32,000 bases of DNA, from assembly GCF_000237865.1 (NCBI RefSeq), contig NC_017459.1, forward strand, positions 480,001-512,000, given 5' to 3'. Below are positions 1 to 7,599 of this stretch, piece by piece. The position numbers and the translations under genes were made by a program. The DNA is from Haloquadratum walsbyi C23. Lineage in GTDB: Archaea > Halobacteriota > Halobacteria > Halobacteriales > Haloferacaceae. Position 1 is the stretch's first letter; each line of letters opens with the position of its first letter. The notes beneath the pieces are model-generated. The model saw only the letters and a list, made by a program, of their open reading frames with translations. It had not been told where the DNA came from and did not search any database.

Positions 1-940
1 GGATGTCTTCTTTCGCAAGATAATGTTGTGCAAGATCATCAATGCCTTTCTGACAGAAAACAACGTCAGCACCAGCATCTGCGATTTTCTCAACCTTCTC
101 CTTGAGTTGTTTTTCTTCTTGATCAAGGAACTGCTGCAACTGGTCTGGTGACTCAATATTCACCTGCGTATCAACATCCGTCTCTTCAACCTCAATCGGT
201 TCGTTCAACAGCAGGATATTTGCCTCTGCGGCAGCAGTTGGCATATCATCATGAACTGGGTCTTTATCAATTGCCGCCCCGTTGAGCAACTCAGATTCGG
301 CTGCTGCTCGTCCGGTTTGGGTCTCAATATTGAGATTTTCAAGATCAACAACGTAAGATCCATCATTGGCTTCAACAGTGATTGCCTCAACGGTCTTAAC
401 GACCAATTCAGCTAAGAGCTCTTTATCGAGTTCAGAGCTCTTTCCTGTCATTGATGTTTCAGCGACCTTCTGAAGAAGCTCTGTCTCGCCAGGTTCGACT
501 GCCTGTGTTATTTCACCAATCTCTGATCGGGCTTCTTCGCTCGCAAGATTAAAGCCACGAATCGCGGCTGTTGGATGAATATCCTGTTCAAGAAGTTCTT
601 CAGCGTTCTTTAGAAGCTCACCAGCAATAGCAACCGCGGTTGTTGTTCCGTCGCCAGCCTCATCTTCCTGCGTCTCGGCGACTTCAACAATCATTTCAGC
701 CGTTGGATTATCAATATCCATTTCCTGCAGGATAGTGACGCCGTCATTCGTGATTGTGACATCACCCATTGAGTCGACGAGCATCTTATCCATTCCCTTT
801 GGTCCGAGTGTTGACTGTACAGCCTCAGATACGGCTCGAGCCGCCTGAATATTGTATTCTTGGGCGTCTTGATCCTTGACGCGCTGTGCGTCCTCGCCCA
901 TAATGATCATCGGCTGACCCTGCTGCATTCGTTGACTCAT
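1..940 (-). CDS. cct: Thermosome (group II chaperonin) subunit, N-terminal 313 codons; C-terminus lies off-window
   Basis: The minus strand is open from the ATG at 940-938 to the window edge. Translation is [103 protein letters not shown]...[20 protein letters not shown]. This contains the classic thermosome LGPKGMDKM and GDGTTT motifs. It is absent from the ORF track because it is truncated by the window edge. Confidence 0.95.
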   Translation of the reverse strand, partial: MSQRMQQGQPMIIMGEDAQRVKDQDAQEYNIQAARAVSEAVQSTLGPKGMDKMLVDSMGDVTITNDGVTILQEMDIDNPTAEMIVEVAETQEDEAGDGTTTAVAIAGELLKNAEELLEQDIHPTAAIRGFNLASEEARSEIGEITQAVEPGETELLQKVAETSMTGKSSELDKELLAELVVKTVEAITVEANDGSYVVDLENLNIETQTGRAAAESELLNGAAIDKDPVHDDMPTAAAEANILLLNEPIEVEETDVDTQVNIESPDQLQQFLDQEEKQLKEKVEKIADAGADVVFCQKGIDDLAQHYLAKEDI

Positions 941-965
941 ATTCACTCGCTGATTGTTTGCGATT

Positions 966-980
966 CTATATAAATATTTT
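966..980 (-). promoter_or_regulatory. Candidate TATA box for the thermosome gene
   Basis: The AT-rich block ctatataaatatttt is centred about 30 nt upstream of the thermosome ATG at 940. That spacing fits a leaderless or short-leader haloarchaeal promoter. Position is the only evidence. Confidence 0.35.
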
Positions 981-1232
981 GTTGACGTCACACAATGTCG
1001 TGTGATGTCTTATCACATAACTCGGTGGAGAGTGGGTTAATCTCTTGATTTCGACGGGGTGGATCAAACAATACACTAGTCTGTTAATTGTTAATTTCCC
1101 TGCTGGTGTGCGGTTTTATATGATATTTGGATGAATATACCGCTCGACAACACGTTTTCAAAGAAGATATTTCGCCGTGGTATCACACATCGCACAACAG
1201 TTATCAGTAACAAGGGAGTTGATATATTTGCA

Positions 1233-1427
1233 ATGGCGCAAGGTACTGTCGACTTCTTTAACGACACAGGCGGTTACGGATTCATCTCCACCGAGGATGC
1301 AGACGAGGACGTTTTCTTCCACATGGAAGATATTGGCGGTCCAGACCTCGAAGAGGGCCAAGATCTCGAGTTTGAAATTGTGCAAGCGGATAAAGGTCCG
1401 CGTGCGAAGAACGTCGAGCGCCTGTAA
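1233..1427 (+). CDS. csp: Cold-shock domain protein (64 aa)
   Basis: MAQGTVDFFNDTGGYGFISTEDADEDVFFHMEDIGGPDLEEGQDLEFEIVQADKGPRAKNVERL shows the CSD RNP-1-like GYGFI motif. The track ORF 1131..1427 has a non-homologous 34-aa N-terminal extension, so the start was trimmed to the ATG at 1233. Confidence 0.9.
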   Translation: MAQGTVDFFNDTGGYGFISTEDADEDVFFHMEDIGGPDLEEGQDLEFEIVQADKGPRAKNVERL

Positions 1428-1549
1428 CCCGATATCAGAGTCGACACACACGTAGCGGACGGAGGCTGACGGTCCGGCGGGCGGCAGAGTCCACTTCGGT
1501 TGCGACAGTTCTCTGAACTACTTTCTTCAATACACATCTACGAATAGCT

Positions 1550-1957
1550 ATGTGGCTGTTTGTCCAGTTATCGAAAGAGAACCGATACAGACGCTGGGTG
1601 CCTTCTATTTGCTGTGCAATTATTATTTTTGCTGTATCAATTATTCCACTACAAAACGGGGGTCATACAACGATGGGTATTGGATTCATTCTGCGTGTGG
1701 ATATTATCTTACACGTAGTTGGATATGCAGTATTAGCATGGGCAATTGTTGGTGCGCGAAAAGTTGGTCTTACAGATTATGATGAGATACTTCTAATACT
1801 CATTTTTGTGACTGTATTTGGAGCTGGAATCGAAGGAATCCAAACAATAATCCCGACACGACAATCATCAATCACTGATATGATTGCAAACGCTGTGGGT
1901 GCTACAACCATCTTCACACCTTCCGTTTTTGATTGTGTAAGACAACGATATCAATAG
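1550..1957 (+). CDS. VanZ-like small integral membrane protein
   Basis: 135 aa with about 4 hydrophobic segments. The C-terminal SSITDMIANAVGA matches the D..N..G signature I associate with the VanZ-like family. Confidence 0.65.
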   Translation: MWLFVQLSKENRYRRWVPSICCAIIIFAVSIIPLQNGGHTTMGIGFILRVDIILHVVGYAVLAWAIVGARKVGLTDYDEILLILIFVTVFGAGIEGIQTIIPTRQSSITDMIANAVGATTIFTPSVFDCVRQRYQ

Positions 1958-1964
1958 GTGGCTG

Positions 1965-2678
1965 ATGACCACAACAAGACTTTATCGACCAACACATCGA
2001 GATGCATTCGAATTACTAGGGTCTGCATTCGAGGATGAGCGACTTCTGACAATGTTCGGTCTGTGTGAAGTTCAGTATGAAGGACGAGCGAGCTCAACAT
2101 TGGGTCCAGGACAGCGTCTTGTCATATACAAACCTGATGGAACTTCGCTCGTTCATACAGGCGAGAATCATGAACCGGTAAACTGGCAGCCACCCGGGTC
2201 AACGCACAATGCGAGCGTTCGTGACGGACAACTTCGTATTCGAAGCACGCGGAGCAATCCTACAGAACAACTTGATGTTATGTTTGAGCGCGTTGAGACG
2301 ATCTCCGCATACGCAGTCACTGATCGAAGTGATCTTAAATTAACTGGAAGCGAAGAGGATCTTCGACAGTGGATCCTCGATCAGCCAGAGGTCATTGAAC
2401 AAGGCTTTGATCCGATTGCAACTGAACGACAGACAACAGCAGGACCAATTGATATTTTTGGAACGGATAATGCCGGTCACCCTGTCGTTATTGAATTAAA
2501 ACGGCGTCGAGTAGGACCATCGGCTGCAAGTCAACTTCAGCGATACGTCGAAGCAATCACAGCGGAGTTGTCGGATACCTCTACACGCGGGATACTTGTT
2601 GCCCCCTCAATCACCGATCGAACAGCCTCACTACTTGATAAATGGAATTTTGAGTACCGTTCTGTCGATATTGAATAG
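1965..2678 (+). CDS. nucS: Endonuclease NucS (EndoMS, mismatch-specific nuclease)
   Basis: 237 aa. The C-terminal PD-(D/E)XK-like block PIDIFGTDNAGHPVVIELKRRRVGPSAASQLQRYVEAI and the overall length are typical of archaeal NucS. Confidence 0.85.
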   Translation: MTTTRLYRPTHRDAFELLGSAFEDERLLTMFGLCEVQYEGRASSTLGPGQRLVIYKPDGTSLVHTGENHEPVNWQPPGSTHNASVRDGQLRIRSTRSNPTEQLDVMFERVETISAYAVTDRSDLKLTGSEEDLRQWILDQPEVIEQGFDPIATERQTTAGPIDIFGTDNAGHPVVIELKRRRVGPSAASQLQRYVEAITAELSDTSTRGILVAPSITDRTASLLDKWNFEYRSVDIE

Positions 2679-2746
2679 TATCTGTTCCCTCATTGCTTCG
2701 AAGCGTTTTTAGCCCATATAACCATTCGATAATATAAGAATATACA

Positions 2747-3277
2747 ATGTCTGATAAGCCCGCTTCTATGTACCGGAAGCTCTCAAAGCCGTCCTATACG
2801 CGGCGTGACTATGTCACTGGGATCCCCGGTTCGAAAATCGCACAGCATAACATGGGAAACCTCCAGACAGGACCGCAAGACTATCCTGTTCAGATTAGCC
2901 TTCGGATTGAGGAGGAGTGTCAAATTCGTCATGGCTCACTCGAGTCCGCTCGGCTCTCAGCAAACCGAACAATGCTCAAGCAGGTTGGACAAGATAATTA
3001 CAAAATGGTTCTCCGAAAGTTCCCGCACCAGATTCTTCGTGAAAACAAACAAGCAACTGGTGCTGGCGCAGACCGGGTCTCAGATGGGATGCGACAAGCT
3101 TTCGGAAAGCCTGTTGGGACAGCTGCCCGTATCCAACAGAATGAGCGAGTATTTACTATTTACTGTGAGGTTGACGATGCGTCTGTTGCGAAGGATGGTC
3201 TTCGCCGTGCATATAATAAGATGTCACCGCCATGTCGAATCGACGTTGAGAAAGGACAAAAACTGCTGATCTCCTGA
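2747..3277 (+). CDS. rpl10e: 50S ribosomal protein L10e (uL16)
   Basis: [38 protein letters not shown]... at 176 aa is a typical archaeal L10e N-terminus and length. Confidence 0.93.
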
Positions 3278-3307
3278 TCTGACATCATCAGTGACGGTCT
3301 TGACATT

Positions 3308-3330
3308 CTCCTCCGTCTAAAGGCGGGAGG
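3308..3330. repeat. Imperfect hairpin with CTTTAG-type loop (IS200/IS605-end-like), minus-sense orientation
   Basis: In ctcctccg-tctaaag-gcgggagg, the reverse complement reads gattcctcccgcctttagacggaggagaatgtcaag. This has the same architecture as the hairpin at 4581-4602 (gaaacccacaactttagctgtgggtgactaac). Confidence 0.4.
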
Positions 3331-3335
3331 AATCT

Positions 3336-3375
3336 CACGGCACCGCACCGCACCGCATCGCATCGCTTCGCTTGG
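3336..3375. repeat. Tandem pentamer array (8 units, drifting CACCG>CATCG>CTTCG)
   Basis: The sequence reads directly as cacgg caccg caccg caccg catcg catcg cttcg cttgg. Confidence 0.9.
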
Positions 3376-3440
3376 TTGGGAGTGTCAGGTTTGGCTCTGG
3401 GTTTTGGCTTTGGTTTGGGTTTGCAGACTCCCAATACTAA

Positions 3441-3664
3441 GCCAGTCCACCGTTTGAATCGGTGTGTGGTCGGTCACTGGGCAATCTCTAGGGAGTATCG
3501 AACCCTAAGTACTCATATCCCCAACCGAGGTGAAGTCCCTGTGTTGGTTGTGCCACAGGAGCTTCGATCAGCGTCACCGGACTCGGAGTTACTTGTATCG
3601 GTGACGAGAGCCTGATGCTTATTGCTTGATTCCCACGTGGGGCACACCCTGTTTCCAGCGTGGG
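3441..3664. other. Five consecutive stem-loops, unassigned (structured ncRNA or mobile-element debris)
   Basis: The stems seen are: ccagt/ccaccg...cggtg(t)gg/actgg (3441-3482); taggg..cccta (3489-3509); ccaac..gttgg (3521-3547); gtcaccg..cggtgac with an extended imperfect outer stem (about 3560-3620); cccacg..cgtggg (3632-3664). No credible ORF is present on either strand. Confidence 0.3.
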
Positions 3665-3891
3665 CGGACACTCACACTTGAACCGCTACCTTTCGCGCAC
3701 TCGGTTACACTAGGGTTAGAGCTGATATGCCAACACTAGTATATACACCGCTGTCCAAAAGATCTGTTCGGAATCTCCCACTATAACGGCGTGGTATTGC
3801 GCCTGCTCAGCGTATGACTACATTATGCATACTCTGACCACGAATACTGATAGATTTCTTCTCTCTAATCTATAACGAATGAGAGAGGGCT

Positions 3892-4310
3892 GTGAACTAC
3901 CCCACCCTGCTCGGTCTGACGGCCTCGATGAGGGCGAGGCTTCCTGCTTCTACGACGTTGTCAGACTGCGTCTGACAGCCCACCAGACGGAGTCTGGTGA
4001 ACGCACTTTGCAGATACAGGTGTATCCACAGGGAGTGCAGTCTCCACAGGCGTTGACGAATCGCGGGGCGATTCGTTCGCACACCAGAACCAGAAATCTC
4101 CGATTTCTGGGGACGTTTCTGCGGAGTGTCCCACTCCTAGTTGCTCAACGGGGTGATTCCGTGGGACAACGCACGCTTCTTGTTGCGTTTGAACGCTATC
4201 CCTGTCCGTCAGCCTCGCACGGAGCGAGTCGTTCCGAATGGAGCGACGAGCGAATCGAAGCCGACAGGTCGGAATGCCCATCTTACTCTTTTGTCCGGCG
4301 TCCGACAATA
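3892..4310 (-). pseudogene. IS1341-type (IS200/IS605 family) tnpB 3'-terminal remnant including the omega/reRNA-scaffold region (copy A)
   Basis: The minus-strand reading gives ...LTDRDSVQTQQEACVVPRNHPVEQLGVGHSAETSPEIGDFWFWCANESPRDSSTPVETALPVDTPVSAKCV.. and then, in another frame, ..VVEAGSLALIEAVRPSRVG. This is the characteristic haloarchaeal TnpB C-terminal tail (..LGxGHSExTPVETA..VSAKRVVEAGSP..), here with frame breaks and no upstream RuvC or zinc-ribbon body. Blocks are near-identical to 9786-9982. Confidence 0.7.
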
Positions 4311-4368
4311 TAACTGCTTACATAGGCTGTGAGCCTGCCGACGCACAGTGTACAACCAGATGATGACG

Positions 4369-4452
4369 GCGCTGTATCCCCTTCCCTCCCTACTGCGCTC
4401 CTTGTCCGCTCGCGCGGACTGCGGTGCTCCTTGAGGGATGGGGCTTAGCGCC
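4369..4452 (-). mobile_element. Second, shorter tnpB-tail/right-end-like fragment
   Basis: The minus reading ..KPHPSLKEHRSPRERTRSAVGREG.. resembles the ..SP.LKERTASAVSE ending common to haloarchaeal TnpB tails. The fragment contains the hairpin gtccgc-tcgc-gcggac nested inside cccc..ccctc/gaggg..gggg. Confidence 0.35.
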
Positions 4453-4530
4453 TGTATTCAGCTAACATACATACCCTGTTCGTTCATGATATTATCATTC
4501 GCTGTATGACAGAGATTAACACTTGAACAA

Positions 4531-4559
4531 GTATGAGCATGAGTATGAGTATGAGTATG
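4531..4559. repeat. Hexanucleotide microsatellite (GTATGA)n, about 5 units
   Basis: The sequence reads directly as gtatga gcatga gtatga gtatga gtatg. Confidence 0.9.
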
Positions 4560-4580
4560 TCATAGCAGAACAGGGCGGAA

Positions 4581-4602
4581 ACCCACAACTTTAGCTGTGG
4601 GT
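4581..4602. repeat. Hairpin with CTTTAG loop (IS200/IS605-end-like), plus-sense orientation
   Basis: acccaca-actttagc-tgtgggt is followed by gactaac. It has the same architecture as the hairpin at 3308-3330 but on the opposite strand. Confidence 0.4.
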
Positions 4603-4619
4603 GACTAACTCATACTGGA

Positions 4620-5501
4620 GTGACTCACGCGATGCTCACACTTGCTGTCACGACCGCTTCAACAACCTTCGATCGGATGCAGGAACCACTCACTAATCAT
4701 GATATTACTGTTGAACACTTACAGGCGACTCAACGGACAGTTGACCTCACACAGTCACCAACAACTGAGTATGATGTCGGATTTGTGTATCCAGGGCGAC
4801 TGATGGAAGGTGGTGTTGTCTCAGCACGTCATAACATTCCATGGGTCAACGGTCGAGATGCGATACTTACCTCACGGAATAAAGCTGGTGTGCTTGCGAT
4901 GCTTGAGCGGGCAGAAATTCCAGTTCCTGAAACACGAGTTATCTCAAACCCAGTCGAGTATGATGCAGTTACTGCAGCCGTTGATACACTTTCATTTCCA
5001 GTCGTAATCAAACCCAATTCCGCAACACGTGGTATCGGGGTCACAAAAGTGGATGATATTGACTCATTACTCGGAACTATCGATTATCTTGACCTTGTCC
5101 ATGATTATCAAGCAACGGACGATAAGTCATACTTAATTCAAGAGTTTCTTCCGAATGCACGCGACTATCGGATAATGGTCGTTGACGGCACTGTCGTTGG
5201 TGGAGTTGAACGCCGGATATCCTGTTCACATGCTAACACAGACGACACACGGTGGAAACATAATGTTCACCGTGGGGCAACAGCTCATGGTGTTCAAATT
5301 CCAGACCAGTATCAAGAATTAGCATTAAAAACTGCATCAGCGCTCGATATTAGTTATCTTGGTGTTGATATTCTTGTCACTGAGCACCGAGTAGTCGTTT
5401 CTGAAACAAATGCGCGACCAACGATCGATGATACTAAAAAGTATGATGCAGACTTCTGGGATCGACTTGCCACATTAATCCATCAAACTGCGAGAGAATA
5501 A
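4620..5501 (+). CDS. ATP-grasp ligase, RimK family (alpha-L-glutamate ligase-like)
   Basis: 293 aa. The ATP-grasp blocks are FPVVIKPNSATRGIGV, YLIQEFLP..RDYRIMVVDG and GVDILVTEHRVVVSETNARPTID. The track start is a GTG at 4620; an ATG at 4632 is an alternative. Confidence 0.8.
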   Translation: MTHAMLTLAVTTASTTFDRMQEPLTNHDITVEHLQATQRTVDLTQSPTTEYDVGFVYPGRLMEGGVVSARHNIPWVNGRDAILTSRNKAGVLAMLERAEIPVPETRVISNPVEYDAVTAAVDTLSFPVVIKPNSATRGIGVTKVDDIDSLLGTIDYLDLVHDYQATDDKSYLIQEFLPNARDYRIMVVDGTVVGGVERRISCSHANTDDTRWKHNVHRGATAHGVQIPDQYQELALKTASALDISYLGVDILVTEHRVVVSETNARPTIDDTKKYDADFWDRLATLIHQTARE

Positions 5502-5750
5502 TATATTGCTGTTAATCCAGCATATATTCAAATCCAGTCTGATACTGATTAGTGCAAGTCTTTACCGCCGTGATTATCCGTGTCGATGATGGGAGCCGCT
5601 GAACCCGCGTCATTCGACACCCTCAGTGAAACTATTTGAACTAATCACTATGAAGCAATCTTAATGAATCCACATTAATGCTGAGGGGAACAGGTCACAA
5701 TCGGTCAGAGACAGAGACTGAGACTCAAAATACGTTCTTTTTATTTGATA

Positions 5751-6113
5751 CTATTCGACGTCAATCGCTGCTGAATCATCTGATATTTGAAATGTCACCT
5801 GGAGAATACCATTATTGAACGATGCATCTGCGCTGTGTTCATCAACGCGTGTTGGTAATTGAACTCGTTCGTCGTACTCCCGACGATCACTCGCAGCTGA
5901 GATTGTTAGCACAGTCCCATCGCATTGGAGAGTAATTGCGTCCTTTGTGACGCCTGGTAGATCAGCAATAAGTTGAAGCTGTCCATCAGTATTGTAAACA
6001 TCAATATGTGTTTCAGACGCGAATCCAGCAGCATCATCACTCGTCATCTCGTTCATCATCCGTTCGATCCCATCAAAGAAGTCATCAAACGGATCGTCGG
6101 GGTCATCTCTCAT
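5751..6113 (-). CDS. hsp20: Small heat-shock protein, Hsp20/alpha-crystallin family
   Basis: 120 aa. The alpha-crystallin domain reads HIDVYNTDGQLQLIADLPGVTKDAITLQCDGTVLTISA...ASFNNGILQVTF. Confidence 0.88.
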   Translation of the reverse strand: MRDDPDDPFDDFFDGIERMMNEMTSDDAAGFASETHIDVYNTDGQLQLIADLPGVTKDAITLQCDGTVLTISAASDRREYDERVQLPTRVDEHSADASFNNGILQVTFQISDDSAAIDVE

Positions 6114-6417
6114 TCAATTATATATATGATTGTGTTCGATAAAAAGACTTCTCCCCACAGACATATACCGCATGATGAGATACTGTTTTACCCCTGATTC
6201 CGACACAAAATTGCTGCGATTGATTGGTTACTATATATGAGACAGAACGCCCGGGGCGATCCACCCCGAGTTAAGAAAATGAAATTGAACTTCATCTATC
6301 TAATTTTCCAGCCGGTATGTCTTCTTCTATCACCCTCAGTTGAGTTTCCCCTTGGCTTTCGATTGACAGACTGAACCTATATCAATCAATGCCAGCAGAA
6401 CATATGGATTCAAGTAT

Positions 6418-7494
6418 ATGTATGAAGTGTACTCGAATATGAGTGAAAAATCGAATTTATCTGCTAATCCAAGCACAAATCCGATTCGGGTTGGATTGAA
6501 CGGATTTGGTCGGATTGGGCGAAGCGTTCTCCGGGCAATTATTACTAATCCATCAATTGAGCTTGTCGGAATAAACGATGTGATGGAATTCGATGATATG
6601 GGTTATTTAGCGAAGTATGATACAGTTATGGGTCGGGCTGATGATATCTCACAGGATGGGAACATGCTCAGCGTTGGCGAGACAACCGTACCACTGTATA
6701 ATATCCAAGATCCGACGGAATTGCCATGGGGTCAACTTGAGGTAGACGTCACACTTGAGTGTACGGGTATTTTTCGAACCCGGTCAGACGCCGCGGCACA
6801 TCTAGAAGCAGGGGCAGATAAGGTGATTATCTCTGCACCGCCGAAGGGTGATGAGCCAGTCAAGCAAATTGTGTATGGTGTCAATCATCACGAATATACC
6901 GGTGAGGATATTCTCTCAAATGCATCTTGTACGACCAACTCCGTTAGTCCAGTCGCGAAAGTCCTCGATGATGAATTCGAAATCGAAAGTGGTCTTTTGA
7001 CCACTGTCCACGCATACACTGGAAGTCAAGCACTTATCGATAGTCCTATGACAAAGACGCGACGGGGACGGGCAGCTGCAGAGAATATTATTCCAACCTC
7101 AACAGGAGCCGCACAAGCGACCACAGAGATACTTCCGCAACTTGATGGTAAACTCGATGGAATGGCAATGCGTGTTCCAGTCCCGAACGGGTCAATTACA
7201 GAGTTGGTGGTTAATCTATCGACTGCGCCAAGTGTTGAAGTCGTAAATGATGCATTCCGCAATGCTGCTGATGATGGCCCACTTGCTGGTGTACTGGGCT
7301 ATACTGATGATGAGGTGGTCTCATCAGATATCATTGGACTTCCATTCTCCTCGATGGTCGATCTTAATTCGACCAATCAGGTAAATGCAGGAGGACTTTA
7401 TAAGATTCTCACGTGGTATGATAACGAATTCGGCTTTTCAAACCGGATGCTTGATCTTGCACAATTCGTCACGAATACGAGTACAAATACATAG
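6418..7494 (+). CDS. gap: Glyceraldehyde-3-phosphate dehydrogenase, type I (bacterial-like)
   Basis: The motifs are the NGFGRIGR Rossmann motif, the SNASCTTNS catalytic-cysteine motif and WYDNEFGFSNR at the C-terminus. An alternative start is the ATG at 6439 (MSEKSN...). Confidence 0.93.
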   Translation: MYEVYSNMSEKSNLSANPSTNPIRVGLNGFGRIGRSVLRAIITNPSIELVGINDVMEFDDMGYLAKYDTVMGRADDISQDGNMLSVGETTVPLYNIQDPTELPWGQLEVDVTLECTGIFRTRSDAAAHLEAGADKVIISAPPKGDEPVKQIVYGVNHHEYTGEDILSNASCTTNSVSPVAKVLDDEFEIESGLLTTVHAYTGSQALIDSPMTKTRRGRAAAENIIPTSTGAAQATTEILPQLDGKLDGMAMRVPVPNGSITELVVNLSTAPSVEVVNDAFRNAADDGPLAGVLGYTDDEVVSSDIIGLPFSSMVDLNSTNQVNAGGLYKILTWYDNEFGFSNRMLDLAQFVTNTSTNT

Positions 7495-7599
7495 TCGCAT
7501 GTATAATTGTGATATTTACCTCAAATCATCATATAATATCTCTTCAACGTCTCTTATGTCTCAACCGACAACTAATCATAAAGCTTAGAATTAGCCTGT

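Noticed and set aside
1440-1500. GC-rich hairpin (cggac..gtccg) after the csp gene as a terminator
   Set aside because: No adjacent oligo-T tract is present, and a single short stem is too weak to call.
3489-3509. tRNA T-arm-like gggttcgata on the minus strand
   Set aside because: The stem taggg/cccta encloses a 9-nt loop instead of 7. No acceptor, D or anticodon arms can be built around it.
3520-3560. RNase P RNA-like strings: cgaggtgaagtccc resembles CR-I GAGGAAAGUCC, and gtgccacaggagc resembles GUGCnACAGA
   Set aside because: No CR-II or CR-III (GGUAAGAGC-type) motif follows. No downstream ACAGAAnnCGGCUUA-type segment can pair with the putative P4 strand. The universally conserved A-rich J3/4 is altered.
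3879-4313. Track ORF of 144 aa on the plus strand, and other ORFs over the relic
   Set aside because: It runs antisense to a recognisable tnpB tail remnant. The composition is Arg/Ser/Pro-rich and it is interrupted by the hairpin repeats.
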